A stretch of DNA of 64,000 nucleotides from a virus. The stretch lies in IMG/VR virus record IMGVR_UViG_3300025818_000017; one strand, written 5' to 3'. The notes under the pieces were generated by a model. That model did not search any database. It worked only from the letters and a program-made list of their open reading frames with translations, and had not been told where the DNA came from. The translations under genes were made by a program, and so were the position numbers. Position 1 is the first letter of the stretch. Each line of letters opens with the position of its first letter. Below are positions 16,368 to 25,849 of this stretch, one piece after another.

Positions 16368-16924
16368 TTGATAGTAAAGAGGTTTTATATTCTGCGGGGA
16401 ATAATGATGAATGTTATACACCCGATTACGCAGTAAAACCTATTCTAGAATATATACCAGAAGGAGCGATGGTGTGGTGTCCGTTTGATAAACCAGAAAG
16501 CGAGTTTGTCAAACAGATATCAAAACAAAATCCTGTTACGTATTCTCATATTGATAACGGGCAAGATTTCTTTGAGTATGAACCGACACATTGGGATGTG
16601 ATGGTGTCTAATCCCCCATTCACCAATAAGCGTAAGTTCTTTGAGAGGGCGCTGGCGTTTGAGAAACCATTTGCTTTGATTATGGCTAATACTTGGCTAA
16701 ATGATTCTGCTCCAAAACAGTTATTTCGTGATAAGGATTTACAGTTGTTGATGTTTGAACAGCGTATGAAGTTTCATATGGCTAATGGCAAGGACAACGA
16801 TAAAATCACATTTTCGTCCAGTTATTACTGCTGGAACTTTTTACCCAAGCAGATTATTATGAAGTCGTTGGATATTCCAAAGAAAAAAAACACAAAATAC
16901 GACAAGTTTTTTGAGGAAAAATAA
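16364..16924 (+). CDS. small phage adenine methyltransferase
   Basis: DECYTP, VWCPFD, VSNPPF motif IV. Confidence 0.8.
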   Translation: MIDSKEVLYSAGNNDECYTPDYAVKPILEYIPEGAMVWCPFDKPESEFVKQISKQNPVTYSHIDNGQDFFEYEPTHWDVMVSNPPFTNKRKFFERALAFEKPFALIMANTWLNDSAPKQLFRDKDLQLLMFEQRMKFHMANGKDNDKITFSSSYYCWNFLPKQIIMKSLDIPKKKNTKYDKFFEEK

Positions 16925-17202
16925 TGTTTGACGAGAAATGCATGGAAGCCATTTCCAATTCAAATATGATGGTTCCTTGGTATTTGATGGCGGCGTATGC
17001 TTATTACGAACAAGATGAACCTATCCTTTCTGATGGTATGTTTGATGGTATGGCGAAGGCTATGTTGGAAAAGTGGGATACCATAGAGCATTGGCACAAA
17101 GACCTTATCACCACGGACGATCTTGAGGCTGGTTCATTACTTCTAAAAGATTACCCTGACAGGGTAAAATATGCCGTGGAAAATCTGAAAAAAAGTGCTT
17201 GA
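16924..17202 (+). CDS. stand-alone NAD+-dependent DNA ligase N-terminal (domain Ia)-like protein
   Basis: YLMAAYAYYEQDEPILSDGMFD resembles the Y-Y...P.I.D..YD signature. Confidence 0.6.
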   Translation: MFDEKCMEAISNSNMMVPWYLMAAYAYYEQDEPILSDGMFDGMAKAMLEKWDTIEHWHKDLITTDDLEAGSLLLKDYPDRVKYAVENLKKSA

Positions 17203-17226
17203 CAATCTCCCAATCTGTGCTATACT
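17199..17226 (+). promoter_or_regulatory. early sigma70-like promoter
   Basis: TTGACA 17199-17204, 16 nt, TGcTATACT ending 17226. Confidence 0.8.
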
Positions 17227-17257
17227 ATATTTGTAAGTTGAGAAAAGGAGTTTCCAA

Positions 17258-17494
17258 ATGATCAGCATCCCGTCTTTTTATCGTGTAGAAATGGACTTCA
17301 ACGATGCGCGTGAAACCATCACCCGTCAGTCGCTGAATGGCGACCTTCTGGCCGGGATGGAAGGCTTCCAGAATCGCTGGAACCATCACTGCAAGCAAGA
17401 CATTATTACCGATGACGAATTCTTCGAATGCTGGGGATACGAAGCCAACGCATACAACGTTATTTGGGAAGGTTTCAGCAAACTTTTCGCTTGA
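17258..17494 (+). CDS. hypothetical early protein
   Basis: AAGGAG SD; lies between twin promoters. Confidence 0.75.
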   Translation: MISIPSFYRVEMDFNDARETITRQSLNGDLLAGMEGFQNRWNHHCKQDIITDDEFFECWGYEANAYNVIWEGFSKLFA

Positions 17495-17518
17495 CAAATA
17501 GCCAATCTGTGCTATACT
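17491..17518 (+). promoter_or_regulatory. early sigma70-like promoter
   Basis: TTGACA 17491-17496, 16 nt, TGcTATACT ending 17518; shares CCAATCTGTGCTATACTA with the 17199 promoter. Confidence 0.8.
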
Positions 17519-17547
17519 AAGACATAATCAAATGATGGAGATACAGA

Positions 17548-18378
17548 ATGGCTCGTTTCAATAAGCAACCGATGAACAAAGAAACCTACGAACTCCGTGA
17601 AGTTCTGGCGGTTGCCGTTGCTGTGAATGAACTGAATATCCAAGTTTCTCCCGAAACCAACGGTTATATCAAATCGTCCTATCCTGTTATCACCCGTGTA
17701 TTTGGTTCGGAAACAGAGAAAGTTGCTGTTCCCGAAGGTTATGACTTCAAATACGATGAAGAACTGTTCGTTTTCAGCAATCGTGATTTGGTCAAAGAAC
17801 ATTTCGGTATGGGTACGCTGAACAAATGGCATCCCGAAAAGAACAACATTCCCGCCTTTGAGATTACCGACGAGCATCGTGCCGAAGCCGATAAGATTAT
17901 CAAGCACTTCAATAAACTGATGTTTGATGCGTTGGCTGGTAATCTTGATGATAACGGTTTCAAGTCTGCCCTGTATGAACTGTTCAACAAGGAAGATGGT
18001 AAAATCATTTCCCGTGATTTCGGGTTGACTGCCTGTGTTCCCAGCGCATACTTGAATGACATTGCTGCCGAAGAGCGCAAGAAAGCAGAGCGTGAGATTG
18101 CTAAAGTCAGCAACTATATCGGCAACGTTGGTCAGAAGATTGATGTGGTTATTGAAATCACCAATAGCAAGTGGATTGAAAAGTTTGGTTGCTATGTATA
18201 TAATGCGGTTGAGAATGACCAGAATGCGGTTTCGTTCTTCACGCAGAAAGAACCCGCCGCCTTTGGTAAAAAGTGCCGTGTTACTGGTAAGGTGAAGCGC
18301 ACCGATGTAAGCAACTACACCAACGCCAAAGAAACTGTGTTGAACTATGTAAAAGTTGTGGATTTGATGGAAGAGTAA
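17548..18378 (+). CDS. hypothetical early protein, possible C-terminal OB fold
   Basis: ORF track with GGAG SD; C-terminal YIGNVGQKIDV...VTGKVK...ETVLNYVK. Confidence 0.7.
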   Translation: MARFNKQPMNKETYELREVLAVAVAVNELNIQVSPETNGYIKSSYPVITRVFGSETEKVAVPEGYDFKYDEELFVFSNRDLVKEHFGMGTLNKWHPEKNNIPAFEITDEHRAEADKIIKHFNKLMFDALAGNLDDNGFKSALYELFNKEDGKIISRDFGLTACVPSAYLNDIAAEERKKAEREIAKVSNYIGNVGQKIDVVIEITNSKWIEKFGCYVYNAVENDQNAVSFFTQKEPAAFGKKCRVTGKVKRTDVSNYTNAKETVLNYVKVVDLMEE

Positions 18379-18390
18379 GAAAGGAAAGAT

Positions 18391-18981
18391 ATGAAAGATA
18401 AACGAATACTAACAGATTTTGATGGAGTTCTTGGAAACTGGATTGAGAGTTTTGAGGTATGGCTCAAGGAAGCCTATGGTAAAGAACTTGAGCCAGAGCA
18501 ACCTGGGATTTACAAAGTTGAGCATCGTGTAAGTGGTTTCACAAGTGTAGAAGCCCACGAACTTGTGCATGAGTTCAACCGCACAGAATACATTAGGAAT
18601 CTTTCCCCATTCCGCGATAGTCAAAAGTATGTCCAAAAGTTATATGATGAAGGATATACCTTCCAGTGTATCACTGCTATTGAGGATAGTCCAGAAATCT
18701 ATGAACGCCGATGGCAGAACTTGAAAGACTTGTTCGGTCCAGCAGTTGATAAACTTACACTCACTGGCGATATGCCTAACAAAATCCATCACTTGACGAA
18801 GTATCGCAATACTGGTCGTTTCTGGATTGAGGATAGCGTGGATAATGCGAAGGATGGACACGAACTTGGATTAGAAACCATTCTGGTAAAGCATAGCCAT
18901 ACAGTTGATTTCACACACGATGATATTCATCCAGTAGATACTTGGGAAGAAATCTATGAAATCATCAAAAGTCAAGGGTAA
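18391..18981 (+). CDS. 5'(3')-deoxyribonucleotidase (HAD, NT5C-like)
   Basis: ILTDFDGVL motif I; WIEDSVDN motif IV. Confidence 0.85.
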   Translation: MKDKRILTDFDGVLGNWIESFEVWLKEAYGKELEPEQPGIYKVEHRVSGFTSVEAHELVHEFNRTEYIRNLSPFRDSQKYVQKLYDEGYTFQCITAIEDSPEIYERRWQNLKDLFGPAVDKLTLTGDMPNKIHHLTKYRNTGRFWIEDSVDNAKDGHELGLETILVKHSHTVDFTHDDIHPVDTWEEIYEIIKSQG

Positions 18982-19291
18982 CATCTTAGATACTTGGCAT
19001 CGTCGCACTCTAACTGTTTGGGAGTTGTGTAAAGGCGAGTTTCCCCATAAAGACATTAAACTTAAATATAGGCCAGGATTTTGGGAACCAGATGAAGAAT
19101 CATTCAATCTATCAATGGAGTGTAACACAAGCGTACAAGCGATTGCGGAATGTAGGTATTATTATCTTGAAGATTGGCTGGCGAGTAGATGTACTGGTTA
19201 TTTTCTATTGATTGCGGATAACAAATCAAAGTCATATAATATCTACTTTGAGGAAGAGAAAGACTTGACATTCTTCAATCTTTCTTGGTAA
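18956..19291 (+). CDS. hypothetical protein
   Basis: ORF track. Confidence 0.6.
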   Translation: MKSSKVKGNILDTWHRRTLTVWELCKGEFPHKDIKLKYRPGFWEPDEESFNLSMECNTSVQAIAECRYYYLEDWLASRCTGYFLLIADNKSKSYNIYFEEEKDLTFFNLSW

Positions 19292-19298
19292 ATAGTGG

Positions 19299-20573
19299 AT
19301 GATTTATTTTATTCGTGAACATAAAGATAAATTAAATGGATATAGCTTAGAGAAGAAATGGCTTGAATATATCAATAATCCTAATCGTTATCATCCGTTT
19401 TCTGCCCACGGTGATGAATACATAGAAGACCTGATAAATATTATTTCATTTCAAGAATATCTATCCTTGACTAAAACACCAGAGGATTCTTTTTTTTATA
19501 TATTTCAAATCCGTGATCCTTATATTGCTTTTCATGCTGACTTCAATATATTGGATTATATAGATAATAAAGACATAATATCTTACTTACAAACAGGTGA
19601 AATCCAGATATTAGTATTATTGGGTCTGGAAGAATTTAATATTTTTAATTTAGATTATGTTGGAGTGCCAAGGCATGATGTAAGAAACTTTTATGAACAT
19701 ACCCCTATTGGGTTAATAGAATGCCATTTGAACAAATACAATATACCAACAAAACATTTTCATTACGCATCGCCATTATATAAACCCATGATAAATGAAA
19801 ATATACACAAACTAAAGACGATGGGGGTATCAAATAATTTTAACTTTTATATGTATGATTCGTTTATTAACCAATATAGTGACTTGTGCAATTACTATAA
19901 TCCATCCATTGATTCACCCATTGACGTAAAAACAACAAAACTCTATTCTTGTTTGAATTATGGAATACCAAAGAAACATAGAAGTGAAATGGTGTATCAA
20001 TTATGGAAAAACGATTTATTAGAATATGGAAATGTGAGTTTAAAAGAAACGCTCGGTGATTATGATGTTGAATTTACTAAACTTCTTCCATTAAAATTAG
20101 ATGGCAAGGTAAATCATCATTATTCTTTTGATAATAATTTAATAATTCACACCGAAAAAGAACTATTAGATGATACGTTCATCTATATATCGTGCGAAAC
20201 ACATCTTGAAGGTAATGTGTGTTATATCACGGAAAAGACATGGAAGGCAATATTACATAAGAAACCATTTTTCATAATTGGTGATAATGGCAGTTTAGCA
20301 AAATTACGTGATATGGGATTTAGAACATTTGATAAGTGGTGGAACGAAGATTACGATTATTATGATGATAATCGGAAAATAGAATTTGTCATTTATGTAC
20401 TAAAAAAACTTGCTAAAAAATCTCCGTCAGAAAGAAAACTGTGGTTTGATGCTTGTGGTGATATTAACGAGGTATTAGATCATAATTACAAAACTCTGAA
20501 ATCATATAAAGATAAGATGATTTCAGAGTTTCTAGAACAATTACAAGATAATTATCAGGCTACATCACCATAA
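19299..20573 (+). CDS. putative glycosyltransferase-like protein (GT10-like ITEK motif)
   Basis: ISCETH...YITEKTWKAILHKKPFFIIG..GSL...GFRTF; AT-rich; TAAATA 19289-19294. Confidence 0.45.
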   Translation: MIYFIREHKDKLNGYSLEKKWLEYINNPNRYHPFSAHGDEYIEDLINIISFQEYLSLTKTPEDSFFYIFQIRDPYIAFHADFNILDYIDNKDIISYLQTGEIQILVLLGLEEFNIFNLDYVGVPRHDVRNFYEHTPIGLIECHLNKYNIPTKHFHYASPLYKPMINENIHKLKTMGVSNNFNFYMYDSFINQYSDLCNYYNPSIDSPIDVKTTKLYSCLNYGIPKKHRSEMVYQLWKNDLLEYGNVSLKETLGDYDVEFTKLLPLKLDGKVNHHYSFDNNLIIHTEKELLDDTFIYISCETHLEGNVCYITEKTWKAILHKKPFFIIGDNGSLAKLRDMGFRTFDKWWNEDYDYYDDNRKIEFVIYVLKKLAKKSPSERKLWFDACGDINEVLDHNYKTLKSYKDKMISEFLEQLQDNYQATSP

Positions 20574-21283
20574 ATGTCAAGTACTTCTTTGACTGCTGGG
20601 TGTCGTTCAATATCCTGATTGATAAACTCAGTTAGAGCGATGTATTCGCTGTTCTTGAACTTAGCCAATAGTTGTTTAAAGTCTAGAAGACCATTATCCT
20701 TATCTTTGCGGTCTGCTTGTTTAATATCACCAGTGATAACCATCTGGCTACCTTCACCCAAACGGGTTAGTAGCATCTTCATTTGATTCGGTGTAGCGTT
20801 TTGCATTTCATCAGCAATAATGAAGGCTTTCTTGAACGTGCGCCCCCTCATGAACGCAAGCGGTGAAATCTCAATAACACCTTCTTCTAGGTATTGCTTA
20901 ATAGTCTTTGGTGAATAATATTCTTCCATCACATCAAAGATAGGTTTGGTCCAAGGTTCCATTTTAGCATTTAGGTCACCTGGAAGGAAGCCGTGTTTTT
21001 CATCATCCACACCAACGGCTGGGCGTGTTACAATAATCTTTTCTATATCTCCTTGTTTGAATGCTTTTAGTGCTGCCAAAACGGCCAACATGGTTTTACC
21101 AGTACCCGCTGGGCCTGTTGCAAATACCATAAGTTTTTCTGGATTTAGTAGGTGGTCAATATATTCTTCTTGATTTAATGACCTTGGAATTAGTTGAACA
21201 TTTTGCTTTCTCTGCACATATTCGTTGAATTGAATTGTGTTATCTTTTCTTTCACGCTTCATAGCACGTTGTTTTCTGGACAT
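20555..21283 (-). CDS. phoH: PhoH-family ATPase
   Basis: FATGPAGTGKT, IIVTRPAV, GFLPGDLNAKMEPW, LAFMRGRTF, IADEMQNAT, ITGDIKQ; likely start MSRKQR at 21283. Confidence 0.95.
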   Translation of the reverse strand: MSRKQRAMKRERKDNTIQFNEYVQRKQNVQLIPRSLNQEEYIDHLLNPEKLMVFATGPAGTGKTMLAVLAALKAFKQGDIEKIIVTRPAVGVDDEKHGFLPGDLNAKMEPWTKPIFDVMEEYYSPKTIKQYLEEGVIEISPLAFMRGRTFKKAFIIADEMQNATPNQMKMLLTRLGEGSQMVITGDIKQADRKDKDNGLLDFKQLLAKFKNSEYIALTEFINQDIERHPAVKEVLDIYGDVA

Positions 21284-21307
21284 ATGTTTCCTTCTCCATT
21301 TTATATG

Positions 21308-21364
21308 GTGAGCGAAGGTAAACACTCTATGCTTTTATTGCGAACCGTGTCTACCTCGGCTCAC
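21308..21364 (-). promoter_or_regulatory. long hairpin in phoH 5' leader
   Basis: Minus strand GTGAGC/GCTCAC plus AGGTAGACAC/GTGTTTACCT; TAAATA (minus) at 21369-21374. Confidence 0.6.
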
Positions 21365-21412
21365 ATTGTATTTACTTCTAAACTTTTTTTTAGATGTTGG
21401 TATATTATAAAT

Positions 21413-22282
21413 TTATATACTGGATAAAAGGGGCACTAAATCTTTCATCAAGGTAGGAAACTCGTTTAAACCATCGCATTTAATTTCATATCCAGACTTT
21501 CGCAAATTGTGCTGTATATACGCTTCGTCAATGACTGACGGATTAACCAATGTACCATCCCCATTAATATATCTCTGTATCATATTATATTTGTTAATAT
21601 GTTCTTGGTGATCGAGCATTAGGTTATAATCGTTGCATATGTGATCGTAATCGTTGAATGTTACGATTTTGGATAAACTAGACATAACTTTATTAAAGTC
21701 ATTTAACACCCACGAGTAGTCTATGCAAACGACACCATCCATATTCATAAAGATATCCTTGTTATGATATTCAATCTCATCAATGAACGAGTCAAACATA
21801 TATAGACTTAAAAATTCACGCTGCACCCACCTGTCGATGTCATTTACTTCTACACTATACGAAATTCCCCATGGATTATAAATCTTACTTTGTACGTCAA
21901 TGTTATTTCTTTTAAGGTATCTCTCAAACGTCATGTCTAGTTTAGAAAATAAGTTATTCAACACAATAATATGTGTATCTTCTGCGAATGGGTACACGTA
22001 TACTACTTTATCTGCATATTCTAAAAGAAGTTTTATATTTTCTTCAATGCTATCATTAGGATCGCTTTTCGGATGAGTCTTAATAAAAGGCGATGCTGCA
22101 TACTTGTGACTAGTAACGAAATCCTGACAGGACTTTGCAGTAGAACCTTGATAGTTATGGGCGCTACCACCAACAGATAAAAAGTCTCTGTTTTTATTAA
22201 CCCCAATTGTACTGTAAGTGTCAAGTATGTACTGTAAGAAAGTTCCTTGGCATCCTCCTGGAAATATAATGGGTACAATCAT
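21413..22282 (-). CDS. hypothetical protein (N-terminal Gly-rich loop, possibly P-loop/sulfotransferase-like)
   Basis: ORF track; IIFPGGCQGTFL; AT-rich. Confidence 0.6.
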   Translation of the reverse strand: MIVPIIFPGGCQGTFLQYILDTYSTIGVNKNRDFLSVGGSAHNYQGSTAKSCQDFVTSHKYAASPFIKTHPKSDPNDSIEENIKLLLEYADKVVYVYPFAEDTHIIVLNNLFSKLDMTFERYLKRNNIDVQSKIYNPWGISYSVEVNDIDRWVQREFLSLYMFDSFIDEIEYHNKDIFMNMDGVVCIDYSWVLNDFNKVMSSLSKIVTFNDYDHICNDYNLMLDHQEHINKYNMIQRYINGDGTLVNPSVIDEAYIQHNLRKSGYEIKCDGLNEFPTLMKDLVPLLSSI

Positions 22283-22800
22283 ATTTTAATCCATTCCGAA
22301 TATATACGATTCCCGTCTTTCTGCATATCTGCAACCTCGTATCCGTACATATCAGCGAACATATATAATTTCCCTTCGTCCCAATCAAATACATCTATAT
22401 TATTGAAGTGGTCGTTTCCGTGATCATATCTCCCGGGATTACAACGCCAGTAAATCCTACCACTGTTCAAGCACTTGTCGATTTTATCTAGTTGGTTATT
22501 GATAGTATCTTGGTTACCAAAATTTATTGACCCTAAACAAAACGCAACATCAAACTTATTAGTGGTATAGAAGTCTTCAATCGCTACAACCTCGTCAGCA
22601 CCTACGTCTGTAATATCGATACCATAAACACGATCACCAAGATATGGCTTAAAAGGGTTTGTACCACAACCAACATCCAACACATTTTCATGTGGTCCGA
22701 TCTTATCCAATAATGCCCATCCAGTGTACGTATACTGATCTAAAGATCGATCACGTTCAAGCCAGGTTGTGGAGAAATATTCTTTAAGTAATGTACGCAT
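22279..22800 (-). CDS. class I SAM-dependent methyltransferase
   Basis: VLDVGCGTN, VYGIDI, FDVAFCLGSINF. Confidence 0.8.
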   Translation of the reverse strand: MRTLLKEYFSTTWLERDRSLDQYTYTGWALLDKIGPHENVLDVGCGTNPFKPYLGDRVYGIDITDVGADEVVAIEDFYTTNKFDVAFCLGSINFGNQDTINNQLDKIDKCLNSGRIYWRCNPGRYDHGNDHFNNIDVFDWDEGKLYMFADMYGYEVADMQKDGNRIYSEWIKI

Positions 22801-22801
22801 A

Positions 22802-22811
22802 TAAATATTTA
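22802..22811. promoter_or_regulatory. palindromic bidirectional late promoter TAAATATTTA
   Basis: Perfect palindrome in a 12-bp gap; TAAATA is 5 nt from each divergent ATG. Confidence 0.65.
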
Positions 22812-22812
22812 G

Positions 22813-23337
22813 ATGATAGGATTACCAGATAAAATATTCTTTTGTGGTGCCCCCGGTAGTAGGTGGAGTGGTGTAGCACAAGAGATTGAAAAACACCCAG
22901 CAATAGATATATCAGATAGAACACCCGAAAGAAAGTACACACATCATGATTTCGGTGGTCATATCGGCGCATACTTTGGAACTGGAATGGAGTTTCCAGC
23001 AGACCTTGACTATGATAATCTTTGTAGTCCATATAAAGGATACGGAATACCTTTACTCAAATCCCACGAATGGTGTTATAAGTTTGACGAGATTATAGAA
23101 AAGTTTCCAAAAGATTGGATTACAGTTGTTTATCGTAATAATAGGAAATGCTATAACTGGTGGAAGGAAGCTGGCGGATGGGATATCACATATCCAAACT
23201 ACGATTGGTATGAAGACGATTACGTTATGATTGAAAAAATCCAGGCACAAAATAAACTAATAGTTGACTTTGTTGAGCGATTTGGGTTACAATGGACTCA
23301 TAAGGACGATATAAGTATCGCCACATATAAACCATAA
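22813..23337 (+). CDS. hypothetical protein, sulfotransferase/P-loop-like N-terminus
   Basis: KIFFCGAPGSRWS; LLKSHEW. Confidence 0.55.
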   Translation: MIGLPDKIFFCGAPGSRWSGVAQEIEKHPAIDISDRTPERKYTHHDFGGHIGAYFGTGMEFPADLDYDNLCSPYKGYGIPLLKSHEWCYKFDEIIEKFPKDWITVVYRNNRKCYNWWKEAGGWDITYPNYDWYEDDYVMIEKIQAQNKLIVDFVERFGLQWTHKDDISIATYKP

Positions 23338-24761
23338 TGATAGAAATAACAGCACTAATCGCTGGCATCCTATATGGGCTGGTGATTGGTATTATACCAG
23401 CAGCAGGAGCAACTACAGGACTAGTAGCAACATACGCAGTTTTGCCTGTGTTTATTGCTGACCCATATGCTGGTGTCATATTCCTAATGGCAGTGGTAGC
23501 AGCATCCACCACAGCAGATAGCTTCACAAGTATATTACTTGGTATTCCTGGTGCTAACAGTTCAGCAGCAACGATGGTAGACGGTTTCCCGCTTGCTCAA
23601 CAGGGTAGAGCATCATATGCCATATCAGCAGCAGTAACAACCTCAACGGTGAATGGATTGCTATGGGGCGGCATCGTATTCCTATTCTTACCATACTATA
23701 CCGAACTTGTGCTATTCTTTGGTATACCAGAGCTATGGGCATTTACTGTTCTAGCGTTGGCTACAGTTGGGTTTTTGTCAACCGATAAACCTGTCCGAAG
23801 TATTGTAGCGATTGGGGCTGGTATATTCGTTGGGTTGGTTGGTGTTGACCCGACTACAAATGACCCACGTTTTACGGCTGGATGGTTTTATCTACAAGAT
23901 GGTATCCAACTTATTCCAGTTGTTGCTGGATTATTTGCTGTACCAGAGTTGATTGAAGGTTTCAAAAAACGACAGGCAACGAGTCATGTTGTTAGGAGCG
24001 AGCGCATAGAAGGTATGCGAGCGGTATGGCAGAATCGTTGGCTATCGTTGCGAGGCGGATTTATTGGTGCGATTGTTGGCCTATTACCTGGACTTGGCGG
24101 GGCAGTTAGCGATTGGTTGGCATACGGTCAGACCGTTGCGTTGAATAAGAATGAACAGTTTGGTAATGGTAATATCAAGGGCGTGATTGGTCCAGAGGGT
24201 AGCAACAACGCACAGAAAGCAACCAGTATGCTTCCAACCGTTATATTTGGTATCCCTGGCGCACCATTTGCCGCAGTTCTAATGGGACTATTCTTATATA
24301 TGGGTTTCGATCTTGGATCACCAGATTTGATGTATGATGATAAGTTCTTCCAAAGTCTGAGTATTGGTTTCCTTACAGCAACATTATTTGTTGGTATCTT
24401 TTCGTTATTATTCGTAAATCTGGTATGCAAGATTACATCTGTACCGTATGTATATTATTTCCCCTTATTGCTTGCGATGATTGTTTGGGCAAGTATGCAA
24501 TATACGGGTGGTTGGGAAGACTTGGTTGTATTAGGCATCTTTAGTGTACTTGGTTTTACGATGAAGTCTTATAAATACAGTAGACCAGCATTCTTGGTCG
24601 CATTCATCTTAGCAGACAAAGTAGAAAATTTATCCATACAGTTATTCACCATATATAACTGGGATATGTTGGGCGACAGATATCTTTTTATTGCTCTTAT
24701 TACTTTGACTATTATTACATTCATTTATAGCATTATGAAAGGAAAAACAAACTATGCGTAA
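23337..24761 (+). CDS. tctA: tripartite tricarboxylate transporter large permease TctA
   Basis: GIIPAAGAT, SILLGIPG...AATMVDGFPLAQQG, GLLPGLG, GPEGSNNA, PTVIFGIPG; many TM helices. Confidence 0.9.
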   Translation: MIEITALIAGILYGLVIGIIPAAGATTGLVATYAVLPVFIADPYAGVIFLMAVVAASTTADSFTSILLGIPGANSSAATMVDGFPLAQQGRASYAISAAVTTSTVNGLLWGGIVFLFLPYYTELVLFFGIPELWAFTVLALATVGFLSTDKPVRSIVAIGAGIFVGLVGVDPTTNDPRFTAGWFYLQDGIQLIPVVAGLFAVPELIEGFKKRQATSHVVRSERIEGMRAVWQNRWLSLRGGFIGAIVGLLPGLGGAVSDWLAYGQTVALNKNEQFGNGNIKGVIGPEGSNNAQKATSMLPTVIFGIPGAPFAAVLMGLFLYMGFDLGSPDLMYDDKFFQSLSIGFLTATLFVGIFSLLFVNLVCKITSVPYVYYFPLLLAMIVWASMQYTGGWEDLVVLGIFSVLGFTMKSYKYSRPAFLVAFILADKVENLSIQLFTIYNWDMLGDRYLFIALITLTIITFIYSIMKGKTNYA

Positions 24762-25809
24762 ATTACTATTAGTAGCATTTATTGCTTTATTCGCTACACC
24801 CGTATTGGCAGATTATACATTTGTCATTCCACAAAAACCAGGCGGCGGCACCAGTGTTTGGGCACAAATTGTTGCTGCTGAACTCGAAAAGAAACTTGGA
24901 GAAAGGATTGTATTGAAACATATTCCTGGAGCAAGAGACATTCCAGGGTTTAATAAGTTCCACAATGAACTGCAACACGACGATAAGACTGTCATGGTTT
25001 CCCATGGTGGTAATGGTGTTTCTTTCCTTCAAGAGAAAGTAGATTATAACTATGCTGACTACGATAGTGTTGGGTTAATGAACCTTAACATCATTGTGGG
25101 TCATAAGACAAAATATGTGAAAGGCGAGAAAGTAAAGTTTGCCGCTGGCTCCGGTATGGTTCCAGAAGGTATTGCTATGACACTACTATTATGCGGCGGT
25201 GGAAAAACAACTGCTGAATATGTCCAATGCTTCAAGGATAATGTTACTTGGGTTCACGGTATGTCTGGTGGTCAACGCCGCCTAGCATATAAGCGTGGTG
25301 AACTAAATGGCACACGGGAAAATCCAGCAGCATTTAAAAAGCACGTACAGCCAAGTATTGATACTGGCGATAGTGAAGTGTGGTTTCATCATGGTATCCT
25401 AAATCCAGCGACAGGCACCCATAGTGATGATCCTAACTATCCAGGGTTTCAAATGGAAATCTTATTTAAAGAAACATACGGTTCCGAACCATCTGGTTCA
25501 TTGTATGATGCGTATAAGCTTGTTAAATCTTTCCGCGATGGTTTACAGAAAGCGTTGTGGGTACGTAAAGGTAACCCAAATCTAGCGAAACTACGTCAGG
25601 CATTGACTGATATGGCTAATGACCCAAAGAGTATTGCTGCTATCCAAAAGAAAGTTGGACAATATGAATGGATTATTGGTGAAGAAGGAAACAAGCACCG
25701 TGATACACTAATGACATTTATCACAGAAGATGCGTTGAAAACATTGATTGATTTCAACAAAAAAGCTCTTGGATTGAGCAGCGTATACAAACCAGAACTG
25801 GTTGAATGA
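24754..25809 (+). CDS. tctC: TctC/Bug-like periplasmic substrate-binding protein
   Basis: Signal peptide; FVIPQKPGGGTS, VLKHIPGA; adjacent to tctA. Confidence 0.75.
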   Translation: MRKLLLVAFIALFATPVLADYTFVIPQKPGGGTSVWAQIVAAELEKKLGERIVLKHIPGARDIPGFNKFHNELQHDDKTVMVSHGGNGVSFLQEKVDYNYADYDSVGLMNLNIIVGHKTKYVKGEKVKFAAGSGMVPEGIAMTLLLCGGGKTTAEYVQCFKDNVTWVHGMSGGQRRLAYKRGELNGTRENPAAFKKHVQPSIDTGDSEVWFHHGILNPATGTHSDDPNYPGFQMEILFKETYGSEPSGSLYDAYKLVKSFRDGLQKALWVRKGNPNLAKLRQALTDMANDPKSIAAIQKKVGQYEWIIGEEGNKHRDTLMTFITEDALKTLIDFNKKALGLSSVYKPELVE

Positions 25810-25849
25810 GAATAATACTGCTATTTTTAGCAGTGGCGGTTACGTTTTG

